DNA of 64,000 nt, from IMG/VR virus record IMGVR_UViG_3300029742_000285, positions 1,475-65,474 of that record. One strand, 5' to 3'. Each line of letters begins with the position of its first letter. Position 1 is the stretch's first letter. Shown one piece after another: positions 10,899 through 20,343 of the stretch. The position numbers and the translations under genes were made by a program. The stretch comes from a virus. Lineage: Duplodnaviria; Heunggongvirae; Uroviricota; Caudoviricetes. The notes beneath the pieces were generated by a model. It was not told the DNA's origin. It was given only the letters and a program-made list of their open reading frames with translations, and did no database searches.

Positions 10899-11483
10899 TT
10901 AATGGAAAGCAGTCATTGCGTCACTCGATGCCTTGTTTGCGTCTGCACGCTCCTTCGCAAAGCGTTTAGCAAAGGCAACGCCTGCGCTATCTGCGCCGTC
11001 GCCATTGCCATCCGCACCCGGAGGTGTGGGCATATCCTTCAGCAGAGAAGCCTTGTATGCGGTGTCGTGGGCGGTCATAAATTCCGACTGGAACTTAAAC
11101 ACCTTGTCCATGTCACCGTCAGCCAGTGCAGATGCAGCCTTGTTGGCAAGTTCAGCGTCATAACCCTGTGCAACGAACTTCTCCCGGTAAGATGCAAGGG
11201 TCTTTTCCTTGACAAGGTTCTCCTTGTCGGCAGTCAGGGCTTCAATCTGCTTCTGCATCTCTGCCAGCTTGTCAGCCTGTTCCTGTGCAGCATTCTCGTC
11301 ATCGGTGCGCTTTGCCTTGAGCTGCTTCTTGTACTCAGCAGCTTCGCCGTTGGCTTTCGTCACGGCGTTACGCAGCTTCTCCACCTCTGCGCTAGGGTCT
11401 GCAACCTTTTCAAGCGCAGAAATGATTTCATCGGCGGTCATGCCCTCTTTGTAGGCATCACCAAGCAACACATTGAGTTTCAT
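10899..11483 (-). CDS. Capsid scaffolding protein
   Basis: Acidic, coiled-coil, Ala/Lys/Glu-rich. Internal start MKLNVLL at 11483 preceded by CAGGAGGAAAT. Lies between portal and capsid. Confidence 0.5.
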   Translation of the reverse strand: MKLNVLLGDAYKEGMTADEIISALEKVADPSAEVEKLRNAVTKANGEAAEYKKQLKAKRTDDENAAQEQADKLAEMQKQIEALTADKENLVKEKTLASYREKFVAQGYDAELANKAASALADGDMDKVFKFQSEFMTAHDTAYKASLLKDMPTPPGADGNGDGADSAGVAFAKRFAKERADANKASSDAMTAFH

Positions 11484-11594
11484 ATCGTTAATTTCCTCCT
11501 GCGTTTTTTTACCGTTGCTTCCCTGCAACGCTGCGAAATTTGTATCCCGGCTTCCCTGCCGGAATATATCAGCCCAAAGATTCGGGGTGATTCT

Positions 11595-11840
11595 TTATTC
11601 CTTTGGGTAAATTCTTTTGTACGGCTCAATGCCGCTGTCCAAAATAGATTTTTCTCGCGCCGAATTCCGGTCAGGGTGCGTCCATTTGAATTTTCCACAT
11701 TTCGTGCAGATATACTCGCACTCCATTTCGCGTGGTTCGTCTCCGTTGATACCGTGCGTCCAATGCCAACGAGAAAGCGTATAGTCATGTTTGCAAAACA
11801 ACTGTTTCCAAAAATCACGCATTATCTTTTTCTCCATCCG
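11595..11840 (-). CDS. Small Cys/His-rich (zinc-finger-like) protein
   Basis: ORF overlapping the portal 3' end. CxxC and H-rich motifs. Confidence 0.25.
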   Translation of the reverse strand, partial: RMEKKIMRDFWKQLFCKHDYTLSRWHWTHGINGDEPREMECEYICTKCGKFKWTHPDRNSAREKSILDSGIEPYKRIYPKE

Positions 11841-13341
11841 CATTGTTTGGCTGTTTATCAACCGTGTTCCCGGCATTTGTGTCGGTGATGTCCTGTTTAG
11901 GCTGTTCCTGCGGTTTCGGCGCCTTTCCATCCTCTCCCAGCTTGCCAGCGGCAATCAGGAAGGGCTTGCTCATTTCGTAAGCAGCCTGCGGGTCAGGGAA
12001 CAGACCGGGCGTAGTGAACGCCAACTGCGGGTCAATGGTCTGCTGCAACATCTGTGCAAAAATCTGAACCTTACTCTGCTGGTTGTCATACTGACGGCGG
12101 GGCAGTTTGATGTTGATGTCACTTGCCATCAGCTTAGAACCAGCTGTATCACGCAGGATTTTCAGCATCACAGACAGGCTCTGTCGTTCAGCGTACTTGA
12201 ACATATTCTCGTACTGCTGCGCCCTTGCTTCGGTGTGATTCCAGCCGTTTCGGACAATGACTGCGCCCACGTTGTCGGACGTTGCGTTCTCGCTGCCAGT
12301 GGCACTGGGCATGGCAGTCAGACTGCGGTAAACGTTCAACATGGAATCAAGCAAGGTCTGGCTTTGCTGCTGGTCAAGCTCATTTGCAATCTGAGAAACC
12401 GAAGCGGTCAGACCAGAAGTGGATTTCAGGCACATTGCGCCAAGTTCCTTCACTTGGTCGAGAGCATCCTTGTCCACAAGGCAGTTGGTAAACACCATGA
12501 TGGACTGGATGAACTGTGCCACGCCGTCCAAACGGTTGCTTTCAAGGTCGTTGATGGCATCTAGCACAGGGATAGCAGGTTCAAACAGACCCATCCGCTC
12601 CGGGTTTAGCTTGTATTCGACCATCGGCAGCATTCCAAGGGAATGATATTTACCATTTCCTCCCTCGTTAACTACCTTGCCGTTGTCGATTTCAAAGTAC
12701 TGGTTCGGCGTATACACGCAAATCAGGTCATTCAGGTCATTCTGATAATTGCGTGGGATGTGCAGCACGTTGGCGATTGGCTTGTGCCCGATGCCGGAGT
12801 TGTAAATCACATACGCCATATCCGGGTCGGGAACGTCCACCAACAGGGGCGTTTCATCTGGGTAGTTGCCGTTGTACCCCTTGTCAGGAAGAACAATGCG
12901 GTATCCCTGCCCGCACTCCAACATCCACTGCCAGAGCCTCCGATCAAGTGCATCCTTGCCCTCATACTGCAAAGCATTGGACAGGCGGGCGATTTCCTCG
13001 CCGTCACCAGTTGCCGTTTCAGACCGCACATAGGAGCAAGGAGTGCCGCTCATGTAACCTGTGTAGAAGCCCACGCATTCATTGGCGTGGTTCTCCACAA
13101 TGCGGTTGGTGATTTCAGCGCGGTACTCTTTCGTGCGATGGAGGACAGGCTGACTGCCCAAGTAGTAGTTGTGCAAAAAGCGAATCTCGTTCTTGTTCAG
13201 CAGATGAATAGGTTCTGCCTTGCCCATAACCACTTTCAGCACGTTTGCCCGATTGATTTCCGTCTCCGGCGTTTCAATCGGTCTACGTCCGGTCAGCGGA
13301 TTATTCAAAAAGCCGTCAACGACTATCTGATACTCAGCCAT
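11815..13341 (-). CDS. Portal protein
   Basis: About 508 aa from MAEYQIVVDG, with RBS GGAAAGGAGGAAC upstream. Immediately downstream of TerL. Acidic C-terminal tail. Confidence 0.8.
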   Translation of the reverse strand: MAEYQIVVDGFLNNPLTGRRPIETPETEINRANVLKVVMGKAEPIHLLNKNEIRFLHNYYLGSQPVLHRTKEYRAEITNRIVENHANECVGFYTGYMSGTPCSYVRSETATGDGEEIARLSNALQYEGKDALDRRLWQWMLECGQGYRIVLPDKGYNGNYPDETPLLVDVPDPDMAYVIYNSGIGHKPIANVLHIPRNYQNDLNDLICVYTPNQYFEIDNGKVVNEGGNGKYHSLGMLPMVEYKLNPERMGLFEPAIPVLDAINDLESNRLDGVAQFIQSIMVFTNCLVDKDALDQVKELGAMCLKSTSGLTASVSQIANELDQQQSQTLLDSMLNVYRSLTAMPSATGSENATSDNVGAVIVRNGWNHTEARAQQYENMFKYAERQSLSVMLKILRDTAGSKLMASDINIKLPRRQYDNQQSKVQIFAQMLQQTIDPQLAFTTPGLFPDPQAAYEMSKPFLIAAGKLGEDGKAPKPQEQPKQDITDTNAGNTVDKQPNNADGEKDNA

Positions 13342-13433
13342 GCGTTCCTCCTTTCCGGCAAAATAAAAAGCGCAGCAAGACAAACCTGTTAAGGTCTATC
13401 TCACTGCGCTTACAACTGCGCTTCAAAAGCTAT

Positions 13434-13622
13434 TTAGTTCTTAAACTTTGGTACGGAGACCCATGTATCTTTTGGAAGGTTGGAATCTCCAATTGTAATC
13501 CAATGGCAAAGAGGACACAGAAGGGAGAACTTGCCTTCCACTTCGCCAAGATAACGTCCGCAATCACACGGATTACCGTTTGCGTCTTTTCGAGGACGCT
13601 TGCATCTGACTTTTGCTACCAT
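13434..13622 (-). CDS. Small zinc-ribbon protein
   Basis: 62 aa with CDC...CPLC motifs, between the tRNA and the portal gene. Confidence 0.3.
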   Translation of the reverse strand: MVAKVRCKRPRKDANGNPCDCGRYLGEVEGKFSLLCPLCHWITIGDSNLPKDTWVSVPKFKN

Positions 13623-13788
13623 CTGTGCTCCTTTCGTTGAATTTCTGGAAACAGGCTGTTGAGCACAGACCTGTCAGAAGCTACTGGGAAACTGTTCGCA
13701 CTTCCAGCCGTGCTATTCTTCGCCCGAAGAAAACCATTGCAGCCTTTACATTCAGTTTGACGGACAGTCAACGGGTCAGCTGCAATTT

Positions 13789-13866
13789 TGGTGCTGCATA
13801 CTGGATTTGAACCAATGTATGCTCGGATATGAGCCGAGTGCTCTAACCATACTAAGCTAATGTAGC
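13789..13866 (-). tRNA. tRNA-Met (CAT anticodon), phage-encoded
   Basis: Manual fold of the reverse strand: acceptor GCTACAT/ATGCAGC (one A-C mismatch), D-arm GCTT..GAGC, anticodon arm CTCGG-CTCATAT-CCGAG, T-arm ATTGG-TTCAAAT-CCAGT, discriminator A, encoded CCA. Confidence 0.55.
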
Positions 13867-13993
13867 ATAAAAACCCGGCTTGATTGGTTAACCGCTGCTC
13901 TTTGCAATGCCATGCCTAAACATTACATTGAGAGCCGGGAATAGCGGTGGAGGTTTTGGAGAATAAGTCCATGCAAAGCTAGGTAGTTGGTTG

Positions 13994-14074
13994 TGCTGCG
14001 TAACGGAATCGAACCGTTGCTTGCCAGCCGTGGGGGAGACGGGCTGGCATTCCCCAAACAATTGGAAACGCAAC
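13994..14074 (-). ncRNA. Degenerate tRNA-like element (paralogous to the adjacent tRNA 3' half). A 7-9 bp hairpin replaces the anticodon arm.
   Basis: Perfect T-arm AACGG-TTCGATT-CCGTT and acceptor 3' strand ACGCAGCA, nearly identical to the tRNA-Met 3' end. The D and anticodon regions are non-canonical. No encoded CCA. Confidence 0.3.
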
Positions 14075-14289
14075 ATATAAAGCCCGGTGAAGGCGAAAGA
14101 GTGAGAAAACCTCCACCGGTGAAAGGAGGAATATGCTTGTTGACACGCACGCAAGTAAAAATGACAAAACCCCGCGTGTAAGCTATTCCTTTAAGGAAAG
14201 CTGCAAAACTTCCTGCGTACATTATAAGCCTTGTCAAGTGGTGAAATCAAATAAATAGACCCAGCGAACACAATATATTGTGTTTTTAA

Positions 14290-15957
14290 TCAAAAAGGTC
14301 TCTTGACAGGCTCGATTTTACTGATTCCGTTATACAATTCATCGGCAAGCTGTGCCAGACTGTCCGGTGCATCATCGTGCGGAACTTTGCCAAGCTGCGT
14401 GAACATCGTGACCTGTTCCATGAACGCTTTGTACTCTTTCGACTGGTGTTTTTCGTCAAGGAAATAGAACCGTTTGATATCCGGCGCATACTGGATGATT
14501 CTTGACAGCTTGCTTTGACCACTAGGCGCACGCTGGCTGCGAACAGAACAGTGATACCCTTGCTGCCGGAGCTGGCTGTCCACCACATCACAGTATTCAT
14601 CACCGCCGTTGTTGGCTTCGCCGCGCACCACGTTGATTTTGTGTTGGATGATTTTGCCCACGACTTCCGGTCTGGTCACGGTTTTGTCGCCGTTGTTGAA
14701 CACAAGGTCAGGGATGAACACGGCATCGCCGTACACATAAGCGATAGGACAGGCGGTAAAGTCACCGCCACCCCATGCAATATCCATGACCATGAGCTTG
14801 CGATCAGGCTCGCCATCAGGCAGAATGCCGTTGAAATACCGCAGTTCATCGGCAGGAAACAGCAAACCTTCACGCACATAGGGCTTGCCCATGTACTTTG
14901 CCCACCATGTTGCATCGTCAATACTGGCTTTCATATCGGCATAGTAGGCATCGTCAAAGCCAACGCCGTAGTCATAATTAAAGTTGCTGTGTCCGTTCTC
15001 GTCCACCGCAGGAATCACCCGGAATCTGTACTTCGGGTTGTCGGCATACTGGTTCTGGATGCGTCCCAAAGGGTCAAGCACGTTCCAGCGCGTACCGACC
15101 ATCAGCTCTAATGCGCCTTGCTTTTTACGGTCTTTCAGCTGATTCAGATAGGCATCGTACTTGTTGTTCAGACGTTCAACGTTCAGGCTTTCCTCCAAGT
15201 CCTCGATCAAGTCATCGCTGTACAAAACGCCACCCTCACCGATTTCAACAGCACCAGTCAGCGTGCCACCGATCGAGCGGCAAGTCAGGGTGGGGAAGCG
15301 TTTCTTTCGGTTCAGGTCAACGCTTTCATCCTTTGCGCTTTTGTCCACAAGCTGAACATCAGGGAAGATTTTGCCCCAGTTGTAGGTTACGGGGTCGGTG
15401 ATGATAGACAGCACTTCGCCGTAGAAACCGTTTGTCAGCTTGTCAGAGTGTCCGCTCATAACCGATGCAACGTCAGGGCGGTTGCCCATCAACCATGTAA
15501 TGAAAAAAATACATAGCGTCGATTTTCCGACGCGAGCGGGTAAGCTAACTCCCAAGAAGTCAATCCGCTTATAAAACAAGTCCTCCAGGTCATCTGCCAG
15601 CACTTTCAGAACCCTGCGTCTCGGCTGATAGAACTTCTTCTCCGGCGCACGATTCCATTCAAGGTAGATGCAATAGCTGTCAAACACGTCCTTTGCTTCA
15701 AACAGGTACGTCCGGCCGATAATGTCATAGACCTTCGCCACGTCCTCGCCTGTTTTCATCTTGCCCATCATGGCTGCACAGACAGAGCGCAGCTCACCAG
15801 AGTATTTGTAGGCATCGAACCGCTTGTCTTGCGGCAGAGCATCTCTCAGGTTCACCACCGCCTGAAACCAGTCCTCGTAGACCTGCGCTTCTGTCGGATT
15901 CTGCTTTGCATATGCTTTGATACTGTCAATGATGGCGATACACTGCTTTGGCTGCAT
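14290..15957 (-). CDS. terL: Terminase large subunit
   Basis: Walker A LPARVGKST. ATPase-plus-nuclease architecture of about 555 aa. Directly upstream of portal. Confidence 0.85.
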   Translation of the reverse strand: MQPKQCIAIIDSIKAYAKQNPTEAQVYEDWFQAVVNLRDALPQDKRFDAYKYSGELRSVCAAMMGKMKTGEDVAKVYDIIGRTYLFEAKDVFDSYCIYLEWNRAPEKKFYQPRRRVLKVLADDLEDLFYKRIDFLGVSLPARVGKSTLCIFFITWLMGNRPDVASVMSGHSDKLTNGFYGEVLSIITDPVTYNWGKIFPDVQLVDKSAKDESVDLNRKKRFPTLTCRSIGGTLTGAVEIGEGGVLYSDDLIEDLEESLNVERLNNKYDAYLNQLKDRKKQGALELMVGTRWNVLDPLGRIQNQYADNPKYRFRVIPAVDENGHSNFNYDYGVGFDDAYYADMKASIDDATWWAKYMGKPYVREGLLFPADELRYFNGILPDGEPDRKLMVMDIAWGGGDFTACPIAYVYGDAVFIPDLVFNNGDKTVTRPEVVGKIIQHKINVVRGEANNGGDEYCDVVDSQLRQQGYHCSVRSQRAPSGQSKLSRIIQYAPDIKRFYFLDEKHQSKEYKAFMEQVTMFTQLGKVPHDDAPDSLAQLADELYNGISKIEPVKRPF

Positions 15958-16090
15958 AAAAAAATAGGCACCCCCTACCTGAAAATGTAAAGAGTGCCTA
16001 CAACTGCACAAAAATCAAATATTCGGTTTTATAATGCTATTTTCGGAAAATTATTTGCTAAAATCCATCTTAATAAATGGGTTGCTCAGT

Positions 16091-16252
16091 TTATTTGACT
16101 TCTTCTGCAAGCTGGTTGAGCCTGCGTTTCAGCTCGTCCGCATCGTAGTACAAAGCGTCTGCGATGGCATTGAGAATATCGGGCTTGTCGGTGTAATCGC
16201 ACAGCGTTTCAATGAGTTTCAAACTCTGATCTGACAATTTTACGGTTTTCAT
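16091..16252 (-). CDS. Hypothetical 53-aa protein between RtcB and terminase
   Basis: ATG preceded by GAAAGGAAAACGAC. Below the ORF-track size cutoff. Confidence 0.3.
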   Translation of the reverse strand: MKTVKLSDQSLKLIETLCDYTDKPDILNAIADALYYDADELKRRLNQLAEEVK

Positions 16253-16270
16253 GTCGTTTTCCTTTCGGCT

Positions 16271-17503
16271 TTATTCTCCCGCTTTGAAATTGTAAATGGG
16301 CTTAATGTGTTTTACAATATCAACTGTTGTGGAAATTGTGTTGATAATTTCCTGCGCTGGCTTATATGCCATCGGGCATTCATCCAACGTGGATTCATCG
16401 GCTGACGTAGTATAAATTCCGTTCATCTGCTTTTGGTATTCCTCAACGCTGAATGCTTTTTTAGCCGCTGTTCTGCTATATAGTCTGCCAGCACCATGCG
16501 GAGCAGAGAAATTCCAATCAGGATTTCCCTTACCAACACAGATAAGGCTTCCGTCTCTCATATTAAGAGGAATAATCAGCTTCTCGCCCTCTCTAGCGGA
16601 TACGGAGCCTTTTCGGATAATATCATCCGATTCATCAATATAGTTGTGAACGGTTTCAAAGAAGGACGCATGGGTCAGCATAGAATTGATTCCAACGCCG
16701 TCTAAAATGGTATGCATGATTCTTGCTCTGTTCATCCTCGCAAAAGCCTGACAAATTCGCATATCATTAAGGTAGGAATCACGTTCTTCGCCTTCAAGAT
16801 AGCAAAGCTCATTCGGAATATTAGGGAACTGAACATCCAATTCTTTGATTTTTTGCGAGATTTCCTGTTCACGGCCTTGTTCTTTCAGTTCCGCAATCAC
16901 GCGTTCCGTAGCTTCTTTTCTTTTGTTCTTTCCTTTGATATTTGAGATAGCTACGTTTTGATGATACTCTGCGACTTGCTTTCCGAGATTTCGGCTTCCA
17001 GTATGAATAACAAGATACTGGTTTTTTTCTTCATCTTCGTCCAGCTCGATAAAATGATTGCCCCCACCCAAAGTGCCCATGCTGCGAAGAATCCAGTCAA
17101 CATTATGTAGACTATCTTTGCAGTCAAGCTGGCTAAGGAAAGAATCTGACATTTTCTGCGATTCGTGAACATTCATCCCAGCCGGAACTCGTTCTCTGAT
17201 TACTTTATCTAACTTTTTCGGGTCGATGTGTTCAATACCGAGTTCAGCGACAAGCATCCCGCAGCCAATGTCCACGCCGACAATATTCGGAATGACTTTC
17301 TTGCCCAAGTCTGCCGTAAACCCAATTACGCACCCGGAACCAGCATGAACGTCTGGCATAATGCGAATTTTGCAGCCATCAACAAAGCTCTGATTGCAAA
17401 GCGTCAAAATCTGCTCAGACGCTTTGTCTTCAATATTGTCCGTGAACACCTTTGCGGACGCATATTTTCCATCAATCGTTTTCAATGTATTCTCCTTTCT
17501 CAT
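16271..17503 (-). CDS. rtcB: RNA-splicing ligase RtcB (3'-phosphate/5'-hydroxyl RNA ligase)
   Basis: Signature motifs MPDVHAGSGCVIGF, GGGNHFIEL and APHGAGR. About 410 aa. Confidence 0.85.
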   Translation of the reverse strand: MRKENTLKTIDGKYASAKVFTDNIEDKASEQILTLCNQSFVDGCKIRIMPDVHAGSGCVIGFTADLGKKVIPNIVGVDIGCGMLVAELGIEHIDPKKLDKVIRERVPAGMNVHESQKMSDSFLSQLDCKDSLHNVDWILRSMGTLGGGNHFIELDEDEEKNQYLVIHTGSRNLGKQVAEYHQNVAISNIKGKNKRKEATERVIAELKEQGREQEISQKIKELDVQFPNIPNELCYLEGEERDSYLNDMRICQAFARMNRARIMHTILDGVGINSMLTHASFFETVHNYIDESDDIIRKGSVSAREGEKLIIPLNMRDGSLICVGKGNPDWNFSAPHGAGRLYSRTAAKKAFSVEEYQKQMNGIYTTSADESTLDECPMAYKPAQEIINTISTTVDIVKHIKPIYNFKAGE

Positions 17504-17531
17504 TCGGTTTTATTCTAGGTTGCGAACACTT

Positions 17532-18089
17532 TCACCTGTTCTGTTCAGCAATCCGATACCATGTCTGGCGGGTCACGCCAAGCTGCTTGGCAGCATCCGT
17601 GACCGTAAGAATGCGTTTCTCCACCTGTTCATGGAGAACGTCAAAGAGGTTTCGGTCATACTCGGTGGGCTTGCGACCTTTATAAACGCCTTTCTGCTTT
17701 GCCACTTCGATGCCCTCTTGCTGGCGGTCAAGCATATTCTGCCGCTCGAACTCGTTGATAGCCGCAATCATCGTGAGCATCAGTTTACCGGTGGGAGTGC
17801 CTGTATCTAGGTTTTCTTTATCACTTGCAAGGTGCACGCCGTTAGCTTGCAGCGTTTCGACCATTTCAAGCAAATCCTTTGTGCTACGGGCAAGGCGGCT
17901 GAAATCGTGGATAAACACGGTATCGCCCGGCTGAACTGATTTAAGCATCTTCTGCAACTCTGGTCTATCCATATTCTTGCCAGAGACCTTCTCGATAAAC
18001 CAACGGTCAATGTTATGCCGCTTCAACGCTTCTACCTGTCGTGCTTCATTCTGTTCGACAGTAGATACGCGAACATACGCTACGTTCAT
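17532..18089 (-). CDS. Small serine recombinase (resolvase/invertase family)
   Basis: N-terminal YVRVSTVEQ catalytic-serine motif, C-terminal HTH. 185 aa, too small for a large serine integrase. Confidence 0.8.
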   Translation of the reverse strand: MNVAYVRVSTVEQNEARQVEALKRHNIDRWFIEKVSGKNMDRPELQKMLKSVQPGDTVFIHDFSRLARSTKDLLEMVETLQANGVHLASDKENLDTGTPTGKLMLTMIAAINEFERQNMLDRQQEGIEVAKQKGVYKGRKPTEYDRNLFDVLHEQVEKRILTVTDAAKQLGVTRQTWYRIAEQNR

Positions 18090-18397
18090 TCAGAATCACT
18101 GTCCTTTTCAATTACAGTGCCTTCAACAAGATATTTCCCAGCTCCAACAGTTCCAACATCAGGCTCAATAACAATGCGATAATTCAATGCTTTCAAGAAC
18201 CTAAACAAAGTAGAAAGTTTCATGTTATCATCTTGAAGTCTGCGGTAAACAGCCTGATTGGAATTGTAATCAACGCTATCTGCCAACTGAACCATGCTTA
18301 CGCGCTGGTTCTTCATAATGTCTTTTACAATTTCGGATCCATTCGTTGATATTTTTACAGGTTTCTTCTTTTCCGCTTCATTTTTTCGCATCGTCAT
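18086..18397 (-). CDS. HTH (XRE-like) DNA-binding protein, first gene of the RtcB operon
   Basis: 103 aa. Segment VSMVQLADSVDYNSNQAVYRRLQ fits a helix-turn-helix. Stop overlaps the recombinase start (ATGA). Confidence 0.4.
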   Translation of the reverse strand: MTMRKNEAEKKKPVKISTNGSEIVKDIMKNQRVSMVQLADSVDYNSNQAVYRRLQDDNMKLSTLFRFLKALNYRIVIEPDVGTVGAGKYLVEGTVIEKDSDSE

Positions 18398-18422
18398 TTT
18401 CCTGTCCTCTCTTTCTGCTACA

Positions 18423-18451
18423 ATTATAAACGCTTCCGTTCACATTGTCAA
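18423..18451 (-). promoter_or_regulatory. Consensus sigma70 promoter (TTGACA-17-TATAAT). The operator TGAACGGAAGCGTT sits in its spacer.
   Basis: Reverse strand reads TTGACAatgtgaacggaagcgttTATAAT, 25-30 nt upstream of the 103-aa ORF start. Confidence 0.55.
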
Positions 18452-18683
18452 GAGTTTTCTCAATTTTACTATCACCAAGTCCAGATATTTCTGAGGTCTC
18501 ACTTATGTGACTGAATTATATTTACAGAATGTATATATTTTATAAAAAGAACGATACTTCGTAATGTGAAAAATCTGTTTGTAAACTTATTTATTTACAT
18601 TCCGGGAGTGAACCGCTATCAAATATCACATATTTGTGACATAAATTCAGATATATCTGATTAAAATTATACAAATTGGGTTG

Positions 18684-18712
18684 TTGACAACTATATACCA
18701 AGCGTCTATAAT
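18684..18712 (+). promoter_or_regulatory. Consensus sigma70 promoter (TTGACA-17-TATAAT), divergent from the RtcB operon promoter
   Basis: TTGACAactatataccaagcgtcTATAAT. Drives the plus-strand cassette starting at 18925. Confidence 0.5.
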
Positions 18713-18924
18713 CTAAGACAGCAGAACACACGATGAATCAGCCAGCAACGGTAGATTTATCCTTTGTGGCATAAAAAATAGGCCATCAGCACGACCGACC
18801 AAAGTAGCACTGATGACCTATTCCACCACAAAACAGAAGCTACGCAACCAAGGGCGCAGTCTCGGTTTCTGTCAATTATTATAGCAGAAGCAGACCGCTT
18901 CTGCAATAGAAAGGAGCAAAAAAC

Positions 18925-19089
18925 ATGAACTTTCCCACGACAACCGAAGAATTTCTAAAAACCCTCGCACACGGCAAAGAGCCGACCAACGAGGACAGAG
19001 AGTACGCCGAAGCACTGGGTAAGCTGTCCGAACTGAACTATCGGGCAGGGTACGAAGCGGGATCAGCCAATAAGAACGACAAAATCTGA
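18925..19089 (+). CDS. Hypothetical 54-aa protein
   Basis: ATG with RBS GAAAGGAGCAAAAAAC. First ORF downstream of the consensus promoter. Confidence 0.3.
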   Translation: MNFPTTTEEFLKTLAHGKEPTNEDREYAEALGKLSELNYRAGYEAGSANKNDKI

Positions 19090-19185
19090 TGTCAACACTA
19101 GCGAACACAATATCTAGTGTATTTTTGATTGACATTCAGATATTTTGCAGTTACACTTATTGCACAGCAAAACGAAAGGGGGTGA

Positions 19186-19368
19186 ATGTGTATGAGCAGT
19201 CCTTACGCAGAGCGTTACGGTCACACCGTTACCATCAGCGTGACGGAGCGACAGTTTGCAAGCTTGCAGGAATACTGCATCAAGAACCGGGTCTCCATTT
19301 CTGCTGCGTTCCGTGAAGCGTTCTTTACGCTGCATCCGATGGATTCCACCAATGAAAACGAAAAATGA
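19186..19368 (+). CDS. Small putative DNA-binding (RHH-like) protein
   Basis: 60 aa, RBS AAAGGGGGTG upstream. Confidence 0.3.
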   Translation: MCMSSPYAERYGHTVTISVTERQFASLQEYCIKNRVSISAAFREAFFTLHPMDSTNENEK

Positions 19369-19487
19369 TACGCTCGCTAAAGTTTGCCGACCACAGCGAA
19401 CGTATCATATCAACCCTGAGAGAAGCATTCTCTCGCCGTTATTATAGCAGAAAATTGCTTCTCTCACAAGTGAAAAGGAGCTTTTTA

Positions 19488-20282
19488 ATGCAACTTTCTT
19501 TGTCTGAGAACATCAAAATCTTCAACAACGCCGAGTTTGGCGAAATCCGTGTCATGCTCATTGACGATGACCCTTGGTTTGTTGGCAAGGACATTGCCGC
19601 AGCACTTGGGTACGTCAACACGAAAGACGCTCTTGCAAAGCACGTTGACGAGCAAGATAAGCGTCAGGGAGATGGGGTAGCGTTTTGCGACCCCATGGGC
19701 AGAGAACAGCATCCGACCATCATCAACGAATCCGGCCTATACAGTCTGATTTTCAGCAGCAAGCTGGAAAGCGCACAGCGGTTCAAGCACTGGGTCACTC
19801 ACGAAGTTCTGCCGTCCATCCGCAAGCATGGGATGTACATGACCGACAACCTGTTGGAGACGGCTATTGCCAACCCGGACTTCGTGATCGGGCTGATTCA
19901 GAACATGAAAGCTGAAAAGGAAAAGAACGCAGCGTTGCAGACGCAGAACAAGCAACTCTGTGAGAAGAACGAGGAGATGCAGCCTAAGGCGGACTATTTT
20001 GACGACCTTGTGGCATGGAACTTGGCTGTTTGTTTCCGTGGCACGGCAAAGGAACTGCGTATTCCTGAACGCAAGTTCATCCAATCGCTTATTGAAGATG
20101 GTTACATCTACCGTGACAAGAACAGAAATCTCCTGCCGAAAGCTGGCAAAGGTGATGAACTGTTCGTTGTTAAGGAATTTCTCAATCGGAAGAATAAGCA
20201 TGGCGGTTTGCAGACCAGAGTAACGCCGAAAGGCCGTGAGACCTTCCGTCTGCTCTATGCAAGCATTCGTAAAAGCGTATAA
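19488..20282 (+). CDS. Phage antirepressor (Bro-N domain plus KilAC-like C-terminal domain)
   Basis: Bro-N motif FNNAEFGEIRVMLIDDDPWFVGKDIAAALGY...HWVTHEVLPSIRKHGMY. RBS AAAAGGAG. Confidence 0.65.
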   Translation: MQLSLSENIKIFNNAEFGEIRVMLIDDDPWFVGKDIAAALGYVNTKDALAKHVDEQDKRQGDGVAFCDPMGREQHPTIINESGLYSLIFSSKLESAQRFKHWVTHEVLPSIRKHGMYMTDNLLETAIANPDFVIGLIQNMKAEKEKNAALQTQNKQLCEKNEEMQPKADYFDDLVAWNLAVCFRGTAKELRIPERKFIQSLIEDGYIYRDKNRNLLPKAGKGDELFVVKEFLNRKNKHGGLQTRVTPKGRETFRLLYASIRKSV

Positions 20283-20343
20283 CAACCTATAAGAAAAGCC
20301 AGTGGTTAGAGAACATCTAGCCGCTGGCTTTTTGTGTTATAGG

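Noticed and set aside
12643-13392. 249-aa plus-strand ORF
   Set aside because: Antisense to the portal gene and lies mid-operon on the wrong strand for its context.
13994-14074. Second functional tRNA
   Set aside because: The anticodon arm cannot be folded canonically (7-9 bp stem with a 7-12 nt loop), the D-arm is vestigial and there is no CCA. Called a tRNA-like remnant instead.
17532-18089. Integrase for element A
   Set aside because: Only 185 aa (catalytic domain plus HTH). This is resolvase/invertase-sized and lacks the large C-terminal domain of serine integrases.
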